A DNA stretch of 64,000 bases, taken from contig CAXHJY010000359.1 in assembly GCA_964016885.1 (NCBI GenBank), positions 1-64,000 of the forward strand, written 5' to 3'. Under the pieces are notes generated by a model. That model made no database searches, had not been told where the DNA came from, and saw only the letters and a program-made list of their open reading frames with translations. The position numbers and the translations under genes are program-made. This document shows positions 29,346 through 42,544 of the stretch, piece after piece. The DNA comes from Eledone cirrhosa. Its lineage: Eukaryota. The first letter of the stretch is position 1; every line of letters begins with the position of its first letter.

Positions 29346-29829
29346 GCTTCTTGGGGCCACAGGTGAGAGCTGAGTATCGGGTGGGACCCAATGCACGACG
29401 AGCTATCCTGAAAAGGGCATGGCTAGCCCCCCCCCTACAGAGGTACATGCCCCCTCTCTCGTGTACCCACCTCATTAAAAATATATTTGTTGAACTAATT
29501 CTAGTCTCCATCGCTGGCCTCTTCGGAGAACAAACGGGCAGACGAACATGACAACCTTTGGTTGGTTGATTCATGCTGTTACTACACACACCAACATATA
29601 TGTATGCACACTAATTCTTTTTGTAATGATTCTACTATAGATATAAAATTACGCGGTTAAGATTAAGATATTTGTATTTTTTCTTTTGACGTAAAATATT
29701 GGGCAGTTTCGTTGGAAAGTTCAACGAAGAGGCTCATGGTAATTCGGTTCGTTTGGAGTTGAAATTTCTCAAAGGTTAACCTTTGTCTTTTGTCTGGTGT
29801 CGAAGATTGAATGATTGTTGCTTAGTCAA

Positions 29830-30770
29830 CCTTTATCTTTGTGGCGGAAAGACGCGAACTACTTCAAATAATGACGGCGTGAACGAACGCGAGAAGGACT
29901 GTCCCACGTACTTGGGTTGGTCCGCTTCGAGGTAAGGGGTGCCGGCTACACTGGCCGCCGGCCGATGCGTTGAAAAACGTCCGGAGTGATCCGCTATTCC
30001 CTTGGAAGTTTTGCTCGGCGATTAGTTTAGGTTCGTCAAGCAGACTGCTGGGTCCGGAGCCATACAACCGCTCGAGTTTGTCTTACGAGGCCATTGCCAA
30101 CGACGGACTGCATGGGTCTGGAAGTTGGCCTTCGCTTAGTGTCCCCTTTCGAGGCTGTTGGTTACGACGGGCTGCAGTCAGTTGGGTGTGGGTGGGCGGT
30201 TCGGTACCGCGAGGACGAGTTCGGGAGGGTTAAAGTCAGTGTATCCAGGCCGGGTGGGCTGGGTGTTAGTATATGGATACATAGGAAGATGATCCTCAGG
30301 AGTCACGTTAACGAAACGGGCGCTGACCCTCTTCTCGGTGCGTACTGACTTCTTCTTTAGATCAGCAGCCTCGGTCCTTTCGACGGGCCAGGTGGCGGAG
30401 TTGTTTTCCTCGTAAGATCAAGGTGTATAATAATCAAGCAAACATTTTTAGTTTGAACTACGATCAAAAATGATCATTGGTATCCGGTCCAAGTCGTTAA
30501 CCAATGGGTCGACGGGCTTACTAAGGTGTTGGCCCGATTTGATGGCCACACCTCGAGGTAATTGCTTGGCGCCATTTCGGGCCACAAATAACCGGAGTAA
30601 CTGGTTGAAGGACCTTAATCCAGTACCCTCGACCGCAGGCTTAACGAGTCCCTGCCCTCGGATAATACGAGATTTGAAGCGCCGACCTATTTGCTACTCA
30701 AGTACTGAAGCCTATTTAATCGATTTCATCCTCCTTCCCTACCAAGTCGCTGACTTTGTCTCTAAATTCT
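29830..30770 (-). mobile_element. Possible Gypsy-type LTR retrotransposon integrase-tail remnant
   Basis: GC-rich island. The minus strand has a Pro-rich stretch followed by LVRQTRAVVWLRT, resembling the TRSGRVVR-type tail after Gypsy integrase. No catalytic motif seen. Confidence 0.25.
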
Positions 30771-30789
30771 AATCCATAATTTCCTCATA

Positions 30790-30985
30790 GTAGGCCGGTG
30801 GATTAGCAGTGTCGGTAGTATCGGACAACATACTTCGGCCCTTTATGTTCTGAATTCAAATCCCGCCGAGTTTAGCTTTGCCTTTCATCATTACGGGGAT
30901 CGATAAAATAAAGTACCACGGTAGCACTGGGGTTGATTTTAATCGAATTTTCCCCTCCCCCAAATTGTTGGCCTTGTGCCTAAAC
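30790..30985 (+). mobile_element. Octopus-type SINE
   Basis: TTCAAATCCCGCCGAG..TTTGCCTTTCATC..GGGGATCGATAAAATAAAGTACC..ACTGGGGTTGAT..CCCTCCCCCAAA..GGCCTTGTGCCTA. Other copies at 44190-44372, 46195-46320 (-), 48020-48170 and 48530-48645. Confidence 0.8.
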
Positions 30986-31559
30986 TATTGGGTCGTTAAG
31001 TATGAAATTTGTAGAAACTGTTTTTTTTTTTCTTTTTTTTTTTTTTTTTTCTACACATTTCATACTTGACACAATATAACCCATTATTTCCCCATAGTTG
31101 ATTTTCGGTGACCAAAAAACAGCTTTGGGAAACTGGTCAATAGTCACAGAAAATGTAGATTAAATGAAATAGTTTTATTGGAAATTGAACTGGTGGTTCA
31201 ATATGACAGGAATTGTTGAATTGGAACAGGTCACAAATGTTCAATTGATTTCTAGAAATAAATATCTGTAATGTACTGGTTTAATTTGTCACTCGTGTTC
31301 CTCGCAAAACATTTATCTAGGGGTTTGAAACATGGACAAACTTTTAAGTTACATTAGGAGCATTTATCTGACGGATCGATCCTCGAGATCTGAAAGCCGA
31401 ATCCCATCGAGTTTAGTAACACTAGTGTTGATCGGACACCCCCGCCCCACGATTTCACTGAAAACGAGACACTTGGAGAGAGATACCGCGCGACCAACCT
31501 CACGATAGAACGACACATTTTTATCAACCTGGCTGGATTTATACTGCCTAATTGCAACA

Positions 31560-31875
31560 CCGGACATTCTGAATCTTTTCTTTCATGTTGTCCGAGTGCA
31601 TATACCCAACAAAGACCAAGATGCGTTTCCAAATGAGAACTGGAGCATCATCAGATGATTGAGGCCATCTGGAAGCTTAGGGAATTTGCGAAAAAGCCAC
31701 CGCTCCAAAACGTGTATCAACCACCAAATTCTGTGAGCTGGCACTTTGATGTGCTCGGCTAGTCTTTGTTGACCAGTGCTGTTCTTTGTTGTTGTCCAAC
31801 AGATTTCGCAATTTCCACGTGCAAAGTTTGAGTTCTTTCCGCACCTGCAGTTTCACCACTTGCTCACCCCTCAGC
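31560..31875 (-). mobile_element. RTE-like LINE endonuclease N-terminal remnant
   Basis: ELKLCTWKLRNLLDN (cf. TWNVRTLLD) and GAVAF motifs; partial copy at about 21230-21400. Confidence 0.45.
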
Positions 31876-31959
31876 GGCATGGTGTCATGAGAATGAGTTT
31901 ATAGATTTTATTAGAAATGACTTATGAATGACTTGAATTGAGGTAGAGGAATACAACTC

Positions 31960-34160
31960 AGCAAAAATATTGCTGCAAAACATGTAATCTTTACCGGGGT
32001 TTCAGTGGAGCCCTGCATATTTTATCAATACTGTGACACCTGCTCCACCTAAACACTCATCTTGGAGTTCGACCATGGGCTGACTTTGACCCTTAAGAGC
32101 ATTTTTCTGCAGGTTCGATTCTCGAGAGCTGAATCCCATCGATCTCTGGAGGAGGATCCGTGTTGACCAAGAAAGATTTACCCCACGATTTTACCGAAAA
32201 CTAGGCGCATTTAGAGATATTCACCGCTAGCCACACTTCACGGTAGAACGACACGTATCTGTCAACGAGATGTTGCAGCTGCATTGTCGTCCCCATACGC
32301 CAAGCTCGACAACCCCACATCTTTAACCAGTAAGCCACAGTTGGACAGAACGTCCATCAACGGGTCCGTGGCTAAGTTAAAGAGAAGGGGTTAGTGTATC
32401 TCCCTGCCGGACTCCACGCTTCATATCAATGAGTCTGCTCGTTTCCGCTCCGACCGAGAATTTTGTACCACATCCTTCATAAAGACCTTTCACGACATCG
32501 ATCATATGCTCGTGAAAGTCTTCTCATGGCTGCAAACTCGAGTGATAGCAGAACCGATTGGAACGCCTTGGCCAGGTCGATGAAGGCAACCGCCGAATCC
32601 TCAATCACGCTTCCATGCTACGTTTGAGAAGCTGTCGCAGCAAGAACATGGTCTCGCTGTAACCGTCAACACTTACTAATCCCCTTTGGGAAGAATTCAG
32701 AGGGGTTACCTGAAACATCCTATTGGAGAGTAACCTGGTGTATAGGCGATAAAGGATAGAGCATATCGTCAGGGGTCTCCAATTAGATAGGTCACCGGAT
32801 CATCCATCTTCTTAGGATTCAGGACAGACCTGCCGAGTTTCAAGACATCAGGTAACTTCCAACCACGCAACATGCAGTTAAAGGTTCACAAGAATTGCAG
32901 GGTCGAGGGCGCGGACCTATGGGGCTGTGATTCCGTCGGTCCCTGGGGCAGAAGTTGAGTTCATACACCTTCGTGTCACATTCGAGGTGAATGGACGCAA
33001 AGGCGGTGCGTTATCCACCACTTCCATTGCAGGATAAGCACCTCCGGTCCCGGGTGGGAAAACCTGCCCGAATAAAAACCGACTCGATGTCGGAAATAGG
33101 TAAAGGACACCCCCCATTGGTTTTCATCCACTAAAATCACTAAAAGGAGCTTCTTCCTATTACGATCATACACATTCTGGTAGCGAGCATAAAGCGGCCT
33201 ACTTCCTTTACTTTTACTACCAGAAATCCCGTAGGGCCGTTTCGGTCTTCTCCTCACGGTTTTAATACGTTTCCTACGTGAGCGTGCGTGCTCCAACCAT
33301 CCTCTTACACACTTCGTGATCGCTCTCCAACCCTCGTCCGTGATCGCTCTCCAACCCTCGTCCGTGATCTCATCTCCTACTGTGGTGAGACACTCGTCAA
33401 AAGCAGCGGATCATCGAGAGCGACCCGCCTCCACTGCAGCGCCGAACGAATTTCTCCAGGTGGCATTGGAGGATGCCGGAGAACCAGTTCCACGCACCTG
33501 GCTATGCGGCCGCTCGCCAGCCGACTTACTTACGCGGGTAGGGTACTGGTTACTGCATTTCTTTTTATTGAAATCGCTCCTTTTCCAACTAATTTGCTGA
33601 ACGGATTTTCCAGGCAGAAACGGAGTTGTGGATGCGACGGCACCCCGCCACAAGGATCTCCCTCCTTTTCAAGAAGTATCACCGCAATTCCCACACTTAT
33701 AGTTGAGGCTTGAGGCAGCGGAATTGTCGTCCTATCTTCTGCCTGTACATCGGCCAGAGTGGACTCTGAGCGAATGAAGGTGTTCACACTCCCTACCACA
33801 TTTGGAACATTTAAAAATCAGCCTTCGCCAGACAAGTTGTGCGGACACCATAAACAAAACATTACGTTGTTGCACGGAATCTCCAGGCAATCCTCCTCCA
33901 CTAGGGGCCTGTAGACCTCTTCAACACGACCCACGGTGTCGCGAGCCCATTGCGAGGGAAGCTGTTTGCCCTTCAAAACCAAGACGTGTGTACCGTAGTC
34001 AAAGGTAGATCTATCCGGAACGAACTTACGAATGGTAATTGTTGGTAGTCAGTCCTCGGAGATGATTACCGCTCGCCACGAGCGGCCATTACAGTAAGTC
34101 GCGGCTGGCCAGGAGACTCCCATCTCATTCCTCCTAGTCAATGGTTTAACGGCCCCAAAA
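31960..34160 (-). mobile_element. R2-like retrotransposon, copy B, with N-terminal zinc fingers, Myb remnant and RT
   Basis: Collinear with 22560-24560. Carries FKCSKCGRECEHLHSLRVHSGRC (about 33740-33815) and YKCGNCG (about 33680-33705) zinc-finger segments and LPGKSVQQISWKR. Confidence 0.85.
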
Positions 34161-36779
34161 TGTCGTATATATTCGTCATTCGATATACTTTCCATTTTTG
34201 GTATACGCTCTTAGTTCGTCCTTACGTGGAAGACAACTCGAGAATGGTTGCACCTGCCAAGACAGCAACAATCACCGGGGAAAATATTAGGAACTTAATA
34301 AAGACGATGCTGCCTCTCTCGTACAGCTTTTTCCCAGATGTAAGTACTCTTCCCGTGACAAGGGGGTGTAGTTAAGAGAGAGGTCTGTTATAGCCAATAT
34401 CTCTCTACACGTATCATATCTCGTGGTTTCAGTGTCTGCATTTACCAACCAAGCATCAGATATAGCCGTCATTCAACCACTCTTTAACTACATCCAGTCA
34501 ATCTTTGGCACCTTCCTCGTTCTCTGTCCTAGCAGTAGTTTCTCCATCAATACTGTTGAAGCATATTAAGTAATAGTCCTTTCGTTACAATGTTTCTAAT
34601 GAGATTGTTTATGATACACACATTCTTCAGACAACGAAGAATCTGTTGATTTAGTAATATAACTTTATTTTTCATTAAGTTGGTGTTTGGAACATTAAGG
34701 TTCTTACATAAGATTATGACGGAAGGTTTCTTTTTCTTTGATAATTATAAATACTTTAAAATAAAGGGCTTACTATATGATCAGTGGCGGTTTCAGGTTT
34801 ATCAAGGGTTATTTTCTCAAGACATCCCGAAATTGATTGGCACCACACCAGGAATACAATCTCTTTGCGACACAGCACAAGAAGATAGGTAAGCATTTTC
34901 TGTCTGAAATTAATAGTAACATTTTCTGACAAAGATTTCAAAACTGCATTTTATATACAAAAACAGAAACGTGGTTTAGTGGTTGAAGTGTTCTGCACAC
35001 GATCGTAATGTCAGGAGTTGAAATTCCGACAGCGCGTTTCTTTTTGTCACATGTGCTTACTTTTTCTATTTGGTTCTAGTAAACCTCCTCCATCGTTCGC
35101 GAGTAGGACCTGGAAAAAGAATATTGTTAGTATCGACAGGAACGTTCTTAGTGGAGGAAAAACATGTGAAACTAGTAACTCCGAATGTAGGATGGCGAAC
35201 GCCTAGACAAACGGAGGTATGGTGACATTTTTTACCATTCAGAAACTTCCAGCCGGCCCCTACCAATAATACATGTAATAGAAGGAAAACAAAGTGAAAT
35301 CTTTTTAAAAAGACGTCCTTGTGAGCGCCCCCGCGGGATCCATAGAAGACGCCCCCCCCCCCCAAAAGAAAAATATCTTCAGCCTAAGTTTCCGTCAAAT
35401 GTTCAAAGAATTCTGGAGCTGAGCCACGCAGTATGGTGCCACCAGTTTATTAGGGAGCAATCACTAATGGTATCAAGAAACCCACAGCACAGCACAGCAC
35501 GATCGAAACTGATAGGACATGCAGAGTAGACTTTTGACCCAATCAACTGCGGACGCAATAGGGAGGCCCTCACGCAGCTGCCAGCTGGATGGAGTCTGAG
35601 ATGGTCTTACGTCCGGTATAAATGGGGGCCTTTCTTAGTTCTTAAAGTTTGTAGGGGTTCGAGATGAGAGCACAGCTGCCTAACCCTAAACATGAAACGC
35701 CTAATATTAGGCTAGCCGGCAAGAGCACCAAATTTATTGTGGATGTAACGTCGGCGACCTTGGACGAAGCTCCACATGCACCAACGGGCAGCTGTGAACC
35801 ACGTCTCGCCCATCCAATTCTTCCTGAAGGAGAGCAATCTGTGGCTGATATTTACGCACCTTCTCCGTTGCTTCGTCATTCAAGCCTGTGCATTGCTCGT
35901 ACCGAACTGTTACGCCCACCACCGCAGTGAATCCCACCTTTCTCGAGGCCAAATCTGGGATAAGCCTTTTTTGTTCCACATAAGTTGGCAAAATGTAACA
36001 TAACGATAAATTGCCATTCAGTGTGATGGTCTGCAGCCTTCGACAAAGCGCGTACTGAGGCTTGGCTTGAGACGAGCATGCGGATTTAAGACTGAAGGTC
36101 TGTTATTTTGAAAGTCAGTCGTAATAGACTGATCAATTAATCTCTGGAGTCTGGAGGTTTGTTATTTTTCATATACTCGCACTACTTATCAACAAAATTC
36201 TCGAGGTTGGATGTCCGTTATTTTTATTCATTCATATATTCAATCAATCTTTGTCCCCTTTCTTGTCCTCTGTCCGAGAAGTAGCCTCTCCATCAGCCCA
36301 CATGTGCTCAAACTATTCTAACTTCCTCCCTTTCACTATGCCTATAACTTATTTGATTGTTTTGCCGATTTTACGCACCTTATGTATGTAACCGTTTCGT
36401 TACCACCTCTTTGAGATTTTTATGCACAATTCTTTCTAACAAGGAATAATCTAGTGTGATTTACTAATATAATTTCTAAAATTTAATATTTGGAACATTA
36501 AGATCCTTATATAGAATTATGATGGAAGTTTTGTAAAAATAATTATAAAAACTTTGAAATAAACAGCTTGGTATGATATAATCGGGGCGGTTTCAGTTGG
36601 GTTGCTATCAAGGGTTCTTTTCTCTTCAAGACATCCCGAAATTCATTGGCACACCAGGAATACAATCTCATTGCGACACAGCACAAAAGGATAAGTGGGC
36701 CTTTTCTGCCTTTATTGTTGTCTTGTTGAAAATAATAGTAACAGTTTGTGACAAAGATGTCAAAACTGCATTTTATATA

Positions 36780-36975
36780 TATTACCTTGACCGGCCAGAC
36801 AGTCGGATCGCACTTTGAATCTTCTGTCCACAGCATATCATCCATTCCCTTTTTGATCTCGCCATCCTTCTCCATTTCGGTCCCATCATTCCCTTTGTGA
36901 TCAATCGGAGTGGAGGCCTTCCGAGGGGTCGTTTTGGCTCGCCTCGGTACCACTCGATGGAGACATGGGTTCGGC
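36780..36975 (-). mobile_element. RTE LINE 3' end (related copies at about 38295-38600 and 39340-39715)
   Basis: IEWYRGEPKRPLGRPPLR, the RTE C-terminal W..P...KR..GRP motif, followed by a shared tail in three places. Confidence 0.7.
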
Positions 36976-38280
36976 CGTGTGATCGCACCAGGGATGCTGT
37001 CGTGAGCGTTTAAGGCGGAGAAAGCGACTCGGTCTCTAAGCATATTGAGCGTGCTCAATATCTTCCGGCGACAGGTAAATATCTGGAAGGCCTCGTCACC
37101 GATACCTAGCACCTCGAGTGCCTCATCTGCTGCCCCGGACAGGGACCCGCACGAACCCATCGGGCACCCATGAATCAGCACAGTCGGTCACTGCTCAGAT
37201 CTAAGATGCTTTACAAGCTCGCGATATTTGCGGACCTTCTCATCGGCCGCGCATCTTGAAGCGGGCGGTAATATCGAGCACAACGATAGTGTCCCCCCCA
37301 TTCTCAGAACCAGGTCCGGAATTAGGTGCATCTGGTTGACACGGAAATCGGCTCCGACCAGCCGCGCAACCAGTGACATTTCAGCTTGAGGCATTGACCA
37401 CTGAGGTGGGAAATGGAGTCACACAGCTCCACAACGGCTACATGCCTTGGAGCCACAGCTACCTCGAGTTAAACATTCTTAGGCTGGAAAAGTGTTGGAG
37501 TGCAGCTTCAGGCAGTTCAGAAAGCTACTCTTAACAACTCGGCTGAAGCAATTAAGCATTCCTACCTCAATCTTTCCCGGTATGCACACTCGATTTCTTG
37601 CAATCTAATGGGACATTCGCCCGGCAGATCCAAGTATCAAAGTTAAGAGCAGTTTCTTATTGTGATCGAAGATGTGCTGGTAGCCGGTAGTGTCCGCCGC
37701 TAGCACCGCCTCCGCACGAGGGAGACCGATCAGTACTTGGCCCGCGCTTATTTTTAATATTCATACGGATACTTGTACGGGGTTTAGTCGTACGGAATTC
37801 CTACAGCCAACCGTAAAGGCGGTCAGAAAAGGTTCGCTAGGAGAGTCGTGCCTTCTTCACACACTGATTGGGCACTCAACGGAGGTCGCCGAAAGCTGAT
37901 CGTCACGGGACTGCTGCATTGACGAAGCAGTCCCACCAGGATGTACCCCCCGGGGTACAGTGTTCAGGACCGGCTCATGTGTGACACTGACTCGGTGTCA
38001 TTTGCTGGCGAGCTCTTTATTACCATGGGTACGCTGCTGCTCGGCCTTGTAGCCACGGCTGGACACTGCACAGTCACTGGCTTAGTTGATCTGCTCTTCG
38101 CTAGTCACTAATCTGTTTCCTGGTCTTGCCGCGAAGATGTTCCTCAGGAGTTGCGTTGACGAAGGGGGCGCGGATCCTCAGAAGTTCATCACTTTACTCG
38201 GTGTGTAATGATTTCTTCTTTAGACCAGTAGCCTCGGCTCTTTCAGTGGGTCTCGAGCTCAACCAATCTCCTCACAGCGC
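36975..38280 (-). mobile_element. R2-like 3' region (CCHC knuckle and RLE endonuclease) with upstream fragments
   Basis: KACSRCGAV..SISHLSGQC knuckle; HLIPDLVLR..AADEKVRKYRELV..HGCPMGSCG..ALEVLGI..RRKILSTLNML. Confidence 0.8.
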
Positions 38281-39724
38281 GCGCCTCACTTCTTATGAGC
38301 GTTTCGAATCTTCTGTCCACAGCACATAATCCGTTTTATCTCGCAATCCTTTTCCATTTCGGTCTCTTCATTCTCTTTATGTGATCAATCCAGCTGAGTG
38401 TAGGCCTTCCGAATAGCCGTTTCCGTTCGCACTAGTACCACTCAGCAACTTCACGGGTCCATCGATTATCAGTGGCCTGTGTGACATGTCCAGCCCATCT
38501 AAGTTTGTTTGGACAGTACTCGGCGATAACGTCCCTTAGTACTGTTCTTTCCCTGATCTGCTCATTTTGGATATCTCTGAAGTCGATTCCCACTGCGTTG
38601 GTGAAAGAGTTCCTCCTGGCGGAGTCGGTAGCTGCCGGGTTGCCAGTTAGTCATCTGGCTAGACGGCTGTTCGTCAGTTCAAATATTCTAAAAGGTAGGG
38701 GACCGTATTTTGCATGTTTTTATTGATGTTCTTTTTCGAACTGATCTGCGTTAGTCTTTCCCGGCTGTAAAGGAGAGGCATCAACGTTAATGCGACGGAT
38801 TCTCGCCAATGGGACAGTGGTCATGAGGTTGAAGGACTATTATTTCTGATGTCGTTATCAATATACTTATAAACTAAACCCTTGATGCCTGTTATTTTTA
38901 ATGTCATACGTAATACATTATAAATGAAACTCTTGAAACTGAAGGTGTAGTATATCTGATGTAGTTTCTCTCTACACTTATGAACGAAACTCTTGTGGCT
39001 GGTTGTCTGGTATTACGAATTTAGTCGCATTTAGAACACCTCGAGCTTGTTCAGGTCTTGCTTGAGAATGTTCCAGGTCTAAATGCTGTAAAGGACATGT
39101 AGGACCAGCGTGCGTAAAAGACAGATCCTGGTCCTTTGGGAGATATGAGGCTTCTTCCAGACACACCATCGAAGGGACCCAAACGCAGAAGTCGCAGACC
39201 CGATTTGGCAGATGGTCTTTGCTGTTGTCGCCATTTTGTTTTTTCTGCAGGTAAAAACTGCGCCTTTTCTGCCTTTATTGTCGTCTTGGAACTAATAGTA
39301 AGTTTGTGACAAAGATGTCAAAACTGCATTTTATATATACCAAATTGACCGGCCAGATAGTCGGATGGCGTTTTGAATCTGCTGCCCACAGCCTATCCAT
39401 TCCCTTCTTGATCTCTCCTTCCTTCTCCATTTCGGTCTCATCATTCTCTTTATATAGTCAATTCATGAGTGGAGGCCTTCCGAATGGCCGTTTCCGCTCG
39501 CACGGATACCACTCGATAACTGCACGTGTCCATCGATTATCAGTGACCCATGCGACATGTCCGGCCCATCTGTTTGTTCAAACGGAACTCGGCGATAACG
39601 TCCTTTATTCCGGTTCTTTCCCTTTTGGATATGATCTCTAAATGAATTCCCGGCATTGACCTTTATATGGCTCTTTGCGCTAACGTTTCTTGCATCGCAG
39701 GACGGCACAAAAAACTCTTAAATG

Positions 39725-41170
39725 ATTAATTTATGCTCCCCACCACCAACATAACAACGTCGGCGGCTTTGGACCAAGCTCCACATGCACCAATGGACAG
39801 CCGTGAACCCCGGCTTTCCCACCAATTCTTCCTGCAGCAGAGCAATCTGTGGCTGGGATTTTGCACCTTCTTCGTTGCAAGCAAGGTAGAGCCTTGAATG
39901 AGGAGGCACCGGGCTGTTAATCCCAACACCACGCGGGTTCCCGCAATTCACGTAATCAAATCTGAGATAAGACTTGTTTGTTCAACACTGTAAACTCAAC
40001 CCTTGCCTATCCTTCAGCCATGGCGCGCACTCTCACCTGCAATCAACTGGCAAAGATGGCTGGTTATGCCTGACCACCCTTTGCCTTTTCAGCAAAGGAT
40101 ATTGGCCACAGATGTATGCAATTGTCTCTGCTGCAACATAACACCAACATAACCACATCGGCGGCTTTGGACCAAGCTCCACCACAAGCACAAATGGCTT
40201 TCCCACCCAAATCTTCTTGCAAGAGGGCAATATGTGGCTGAGTTTTTGCACTTTCTTCGGGGCCTCGTCATTCAAGGCCCTACCCTGTCGGCAACGGACT
40301 GTTATGGCCAATACCACGCGGATTCCGGCCATTCACGTCATCAAATATGGGATAAGACTAGTTTGTTCAACACTGTAAGATCAACTCTTGCCTACCCTTC
40401 AACCATGGTACACACTCTCACGTGCAATCAACTGGCAAATATGGCTGGTTTTTCCTGACCATCCTCTGCCTTTTCAGCAAAGGATATTGGCCACAGATGG
40501 GGGCAATTGTCTCTGCTGCAGCATGGCAGCGTTTGCAGGCCTTTGAACGGGATTCATATTAATTCGCATCTTGACACAATTCAAAAAGCTCCCCTCGGAG
40601 ATCCCACTCGGCTGGAGCAACCAATCGTTACCGTTTGGGTCATCCCTGACGGCTTGCGATGCCCACTTCTCGGCGTGTTCCCGGTGAAATCCAGGCGTGT
40701 ACCTCGGTGGCATACCGTAACTTCGCCACTCCGTGTGGTGAGGTCTGCAGACGTTGACAAAGCGCGTATAGCGGTGTGGCTAGAGGCGTACAAGATGAGG
40801 TTCCGTGGATCCTTACTAGAGGGTATTGTCTCCGGCGGCTGACAGTGACTCGGGTAACAATCAACCCTGCCACTGTACAAGAATGAAACCATGGTAGACT
40901 CATGCGGATGAAACATCCTGTGTGTCCGCAAGCGAATAACCGTATCTAGCAAAGATTGTAATTATTCCGAGCAGGTAGGAGCTGTGACATGTAGAACCGG
41001 GGCAGGTAATACTGATTCAGGAGATGGAATTTCTGCTGGAGTTTCAGTGGAGACCTGCATATTTTGTAGATACAAACACACCGGCTCCACCGAAGCATTC
41101 ATCTTGGAGCTTTGACCCTACGTACGAACACTTTTCTGACACTTCGATCCTCGAGAGCTGAATCCCGTCA
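39725..41170 (-). mobile_element. R2-like RT-end, CCHC and RLE fragments with internal tandem duplication
   Basis: DPNGNDWLLQP..FLNCVKMR, AAETIAYICGQYPLLKRQRVVRHN, L(I)PDL-like and DEAPKKVQK. The knuckle-endonuclease block occurs twice (about 39750-40140 and 40150-40525). Confidence 0.75.
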
Positions 41171-41399
41171 AAGTTTGGCGGAGGATTCGTGTTGAGAAAT
41201 AATTGGTGACGGTGTGGTGGAATGATGGTAGTGGTGGTAGCATTGGAGGGTGGTATAAAATGTCAATGTTGACACAATTATGAGTTAATCAGTAGTTTGA
41301 GTCAGCTAAAATTGAGCAGATCTATGATGAAGTGCGTTCCAACCGAAACCATCTTGTCTTGTTTTCAATGTATCTATAACTACTTTGTGTTTTATTATT

Positions 41400-41850
41400 A
41401 TAGGGCGTAAAGGTTCAACATATCACATGATCCACATGACAGGTGCAATGTGTCTGAACACGGAAGATCCGAACTGCCACTGTCATCCCTCGCCATCTCT
41501 CTGTATTGTGAGCAGTGGAGGAGGAAGATTGTTGTTTTGAGAGGTAATTCGCCATACTTGGTCACTTTCAGGGGAATGATATCGAGCCTCGGGGCTCTAA
41601 AAGATTGGATGGACTTGAGTGCAGCTTCAAAATCATGATAGGTAGGGTTGGCAGACATTGTCGCACAGGGTGCTTTGGGGTGCGTTTGAGAAAGTTTTGT
41701 ACTACAGTGCAGTTAGAACTGAAACAATATTTTGGTGATGTCAGCCGCTTCGAGGATAGATATAGACATCCTGACGGGCCCGAAAACCTTGTTTCTTTAG
41801 AAGAATTCTCATATTTTGGCGGTCAGCGTATTGTATTTCTTCGGCCTTAT
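41400..41850 (-). mobile_element. RTE-like LINE fragment (linker before RT)
   Basis: PTYHDFEAALKSIQSFRAPRLDIIPLKVTKYG resembles P...EV..AI..L...KAPG.D.IP.E..K.G. Confidence 0.55.
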
Positions 41851-42544
41851 CTCTCCACCAGTGCTTTCAGGATTCTGCGGAGCTCCCTTTGGTAGCAGGC
41901 CTTGGGATGGAGGAATTTGGCTTTCAGTCGTTGAGATGATGGGTGGGATCCATACTGAAATTTGGCTTTCCGTTTCGCTTATTGTTTTTAATCTCTCAGC
42001 TACAAAATTATGAAGTACACTATTTCTAACATTGAATTGTGTTAAATATTTTTTTAGAAAATATTTCATTTGGAATTGTTGCTCTATGGTCAGTTTCCTT
42101 GGATTGGTATTTCTGGTGTTGCTACCCCGCCTATCTTTAGATGCGTTCCAACCGTATTTATGCATGTCGAGGAATGTTTGTGTCCTTTTATTCTTTTTAA
42201 ACGGTAGGGTGTTATTTGATTGCTATTTCTAGTAGGCTCTCGTCAGGTTTATTGGGGAATAGGTAGAACGGACAGCTAGAGGGGTCCACTAACCGACACT
42301 ACGTTTTAGCTTAAGCGACATTTCGGGAGACATTTGGTTTCTACTGTGAGCCTGTTGAAGACTACATATCAAAGGCCTTGTAACATTTCTAAAATGTTGT
42401 CCCCCCCCACCCCAAGTTTATATTTTTATAACTGATACAAAAGTGTTTCTAGTTTGAGCTGGTAGATTACAAATAAACTTGTCACCTTTTTCTAAAATGC
42501 CACTCCCACCTTTTTCTTTTCATATATACATTACATTTCATAAC

